NCBI GenBank assembly: GCA_041739995.1
Contig: JBGSMV010000050.1
Location: 1 to 26,932 of the forward strand
Length of the DNA stretch: 26,932 nucleotides
Direction: 5' to 3'
Source of the DNA: Bdellovibrionota bacterium
GTDB taxonomy: Bacteria; Bdellovibrionota_C; UBA2361; JBGSMV01
The notes beneath the pieces are model-generated. The model did no database searches and was not told where the DNA came from. It worked only from the letters and a program-made list of their open reading frames with translations. Position numbers and translations under genes: made by a program. Of this stretch, positions 26,589-26,932 are shown in pieces. Within the stretch, counting starts at the first letter, position 1. Each line of letters opens with the position of its first letter.

Positions 26589-26932
26589 TCCAACTACTCC
26601 ATGAGCGAGCGAATTACGACCGCCTTTTTTGCACCTAACATCTCCTCTCCAGACATCTCACTCCAAATTCTTGATGTGAGGGTGTCCCCAAATCCCATAA
26701 CAACACGCAGGCCGATCAATGCAGTGCGAGGAAGAAATCGCCAATCTGCCTCGTCCCCACGAACACCCGTAGGAATTGCAAAGAGTGAGCCCTCGCCAAC
26801 CCCACCCTCCCTCTCAATGAGGCTCTCGAAATGGGTATCAAGATTCGTCTCCTCCTGAGTTCTGTTATCAGGGGTAAGGCTCCCGATGTGTCATGAGGAC
26901 AAAGCTGGTCGGTCTATTTGCCCAGTTGGCCT

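Noticed and set aside
26751..26766. Minus-strand GTGTTCGTGGGGACGA resembling the terminal repeat with a 9-nt deletion
   Set aside because: It is isolated, cannot form the repeat hairpin and lies 10 kb from the array; compatible with chance.
26594..26932. ORF 26601..26858 (+) and a roughly 99-codon open minus-strand frame ending just before the response regulator
   Set aside because: The plus ORF has no recognisable features. The minus frame has no convincing early start codon and is bounded by a stop near the window edge, so no gene call is supported.

Overview
This bacterial window is best read as a P-type (Tn4371/IncP-like) conjugation module split by about 15 kb of defence cargo. Left side: a partial DUF3363/VirD2-like relaxase, a TraG/VirD4 coupling protein and a CopG/RHH protein. 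Cargo: a divergent DEDDh exonuclease and atypical WYL regulator, a complete type I-E CRISPR-Cas operon (cas3-cas8e-cas11-cas7-cas5-cas6e-cas1-cas2), a leader and a 33-repeat/32-spacer array, an unknown HExxH metallopeptidase-like gene, a lox-like palindrome and a Cre/TnpS-like tyrosine recombinase. Conjugation-related genes then resume (TraF S26 peptidase, a secreted Cys-rich unknown, TrbB ATPase, a TM-SH3 protein and an M23 peptidase), but without trbC-trbI. The right end is a convergent three-gene signalling cluster: a PilB/GspE-N-like domain fused to REC, a hybrid histidine kinase and a pseudo-kinase. All family assignments come from motif recognition by eye; no database searches were run.
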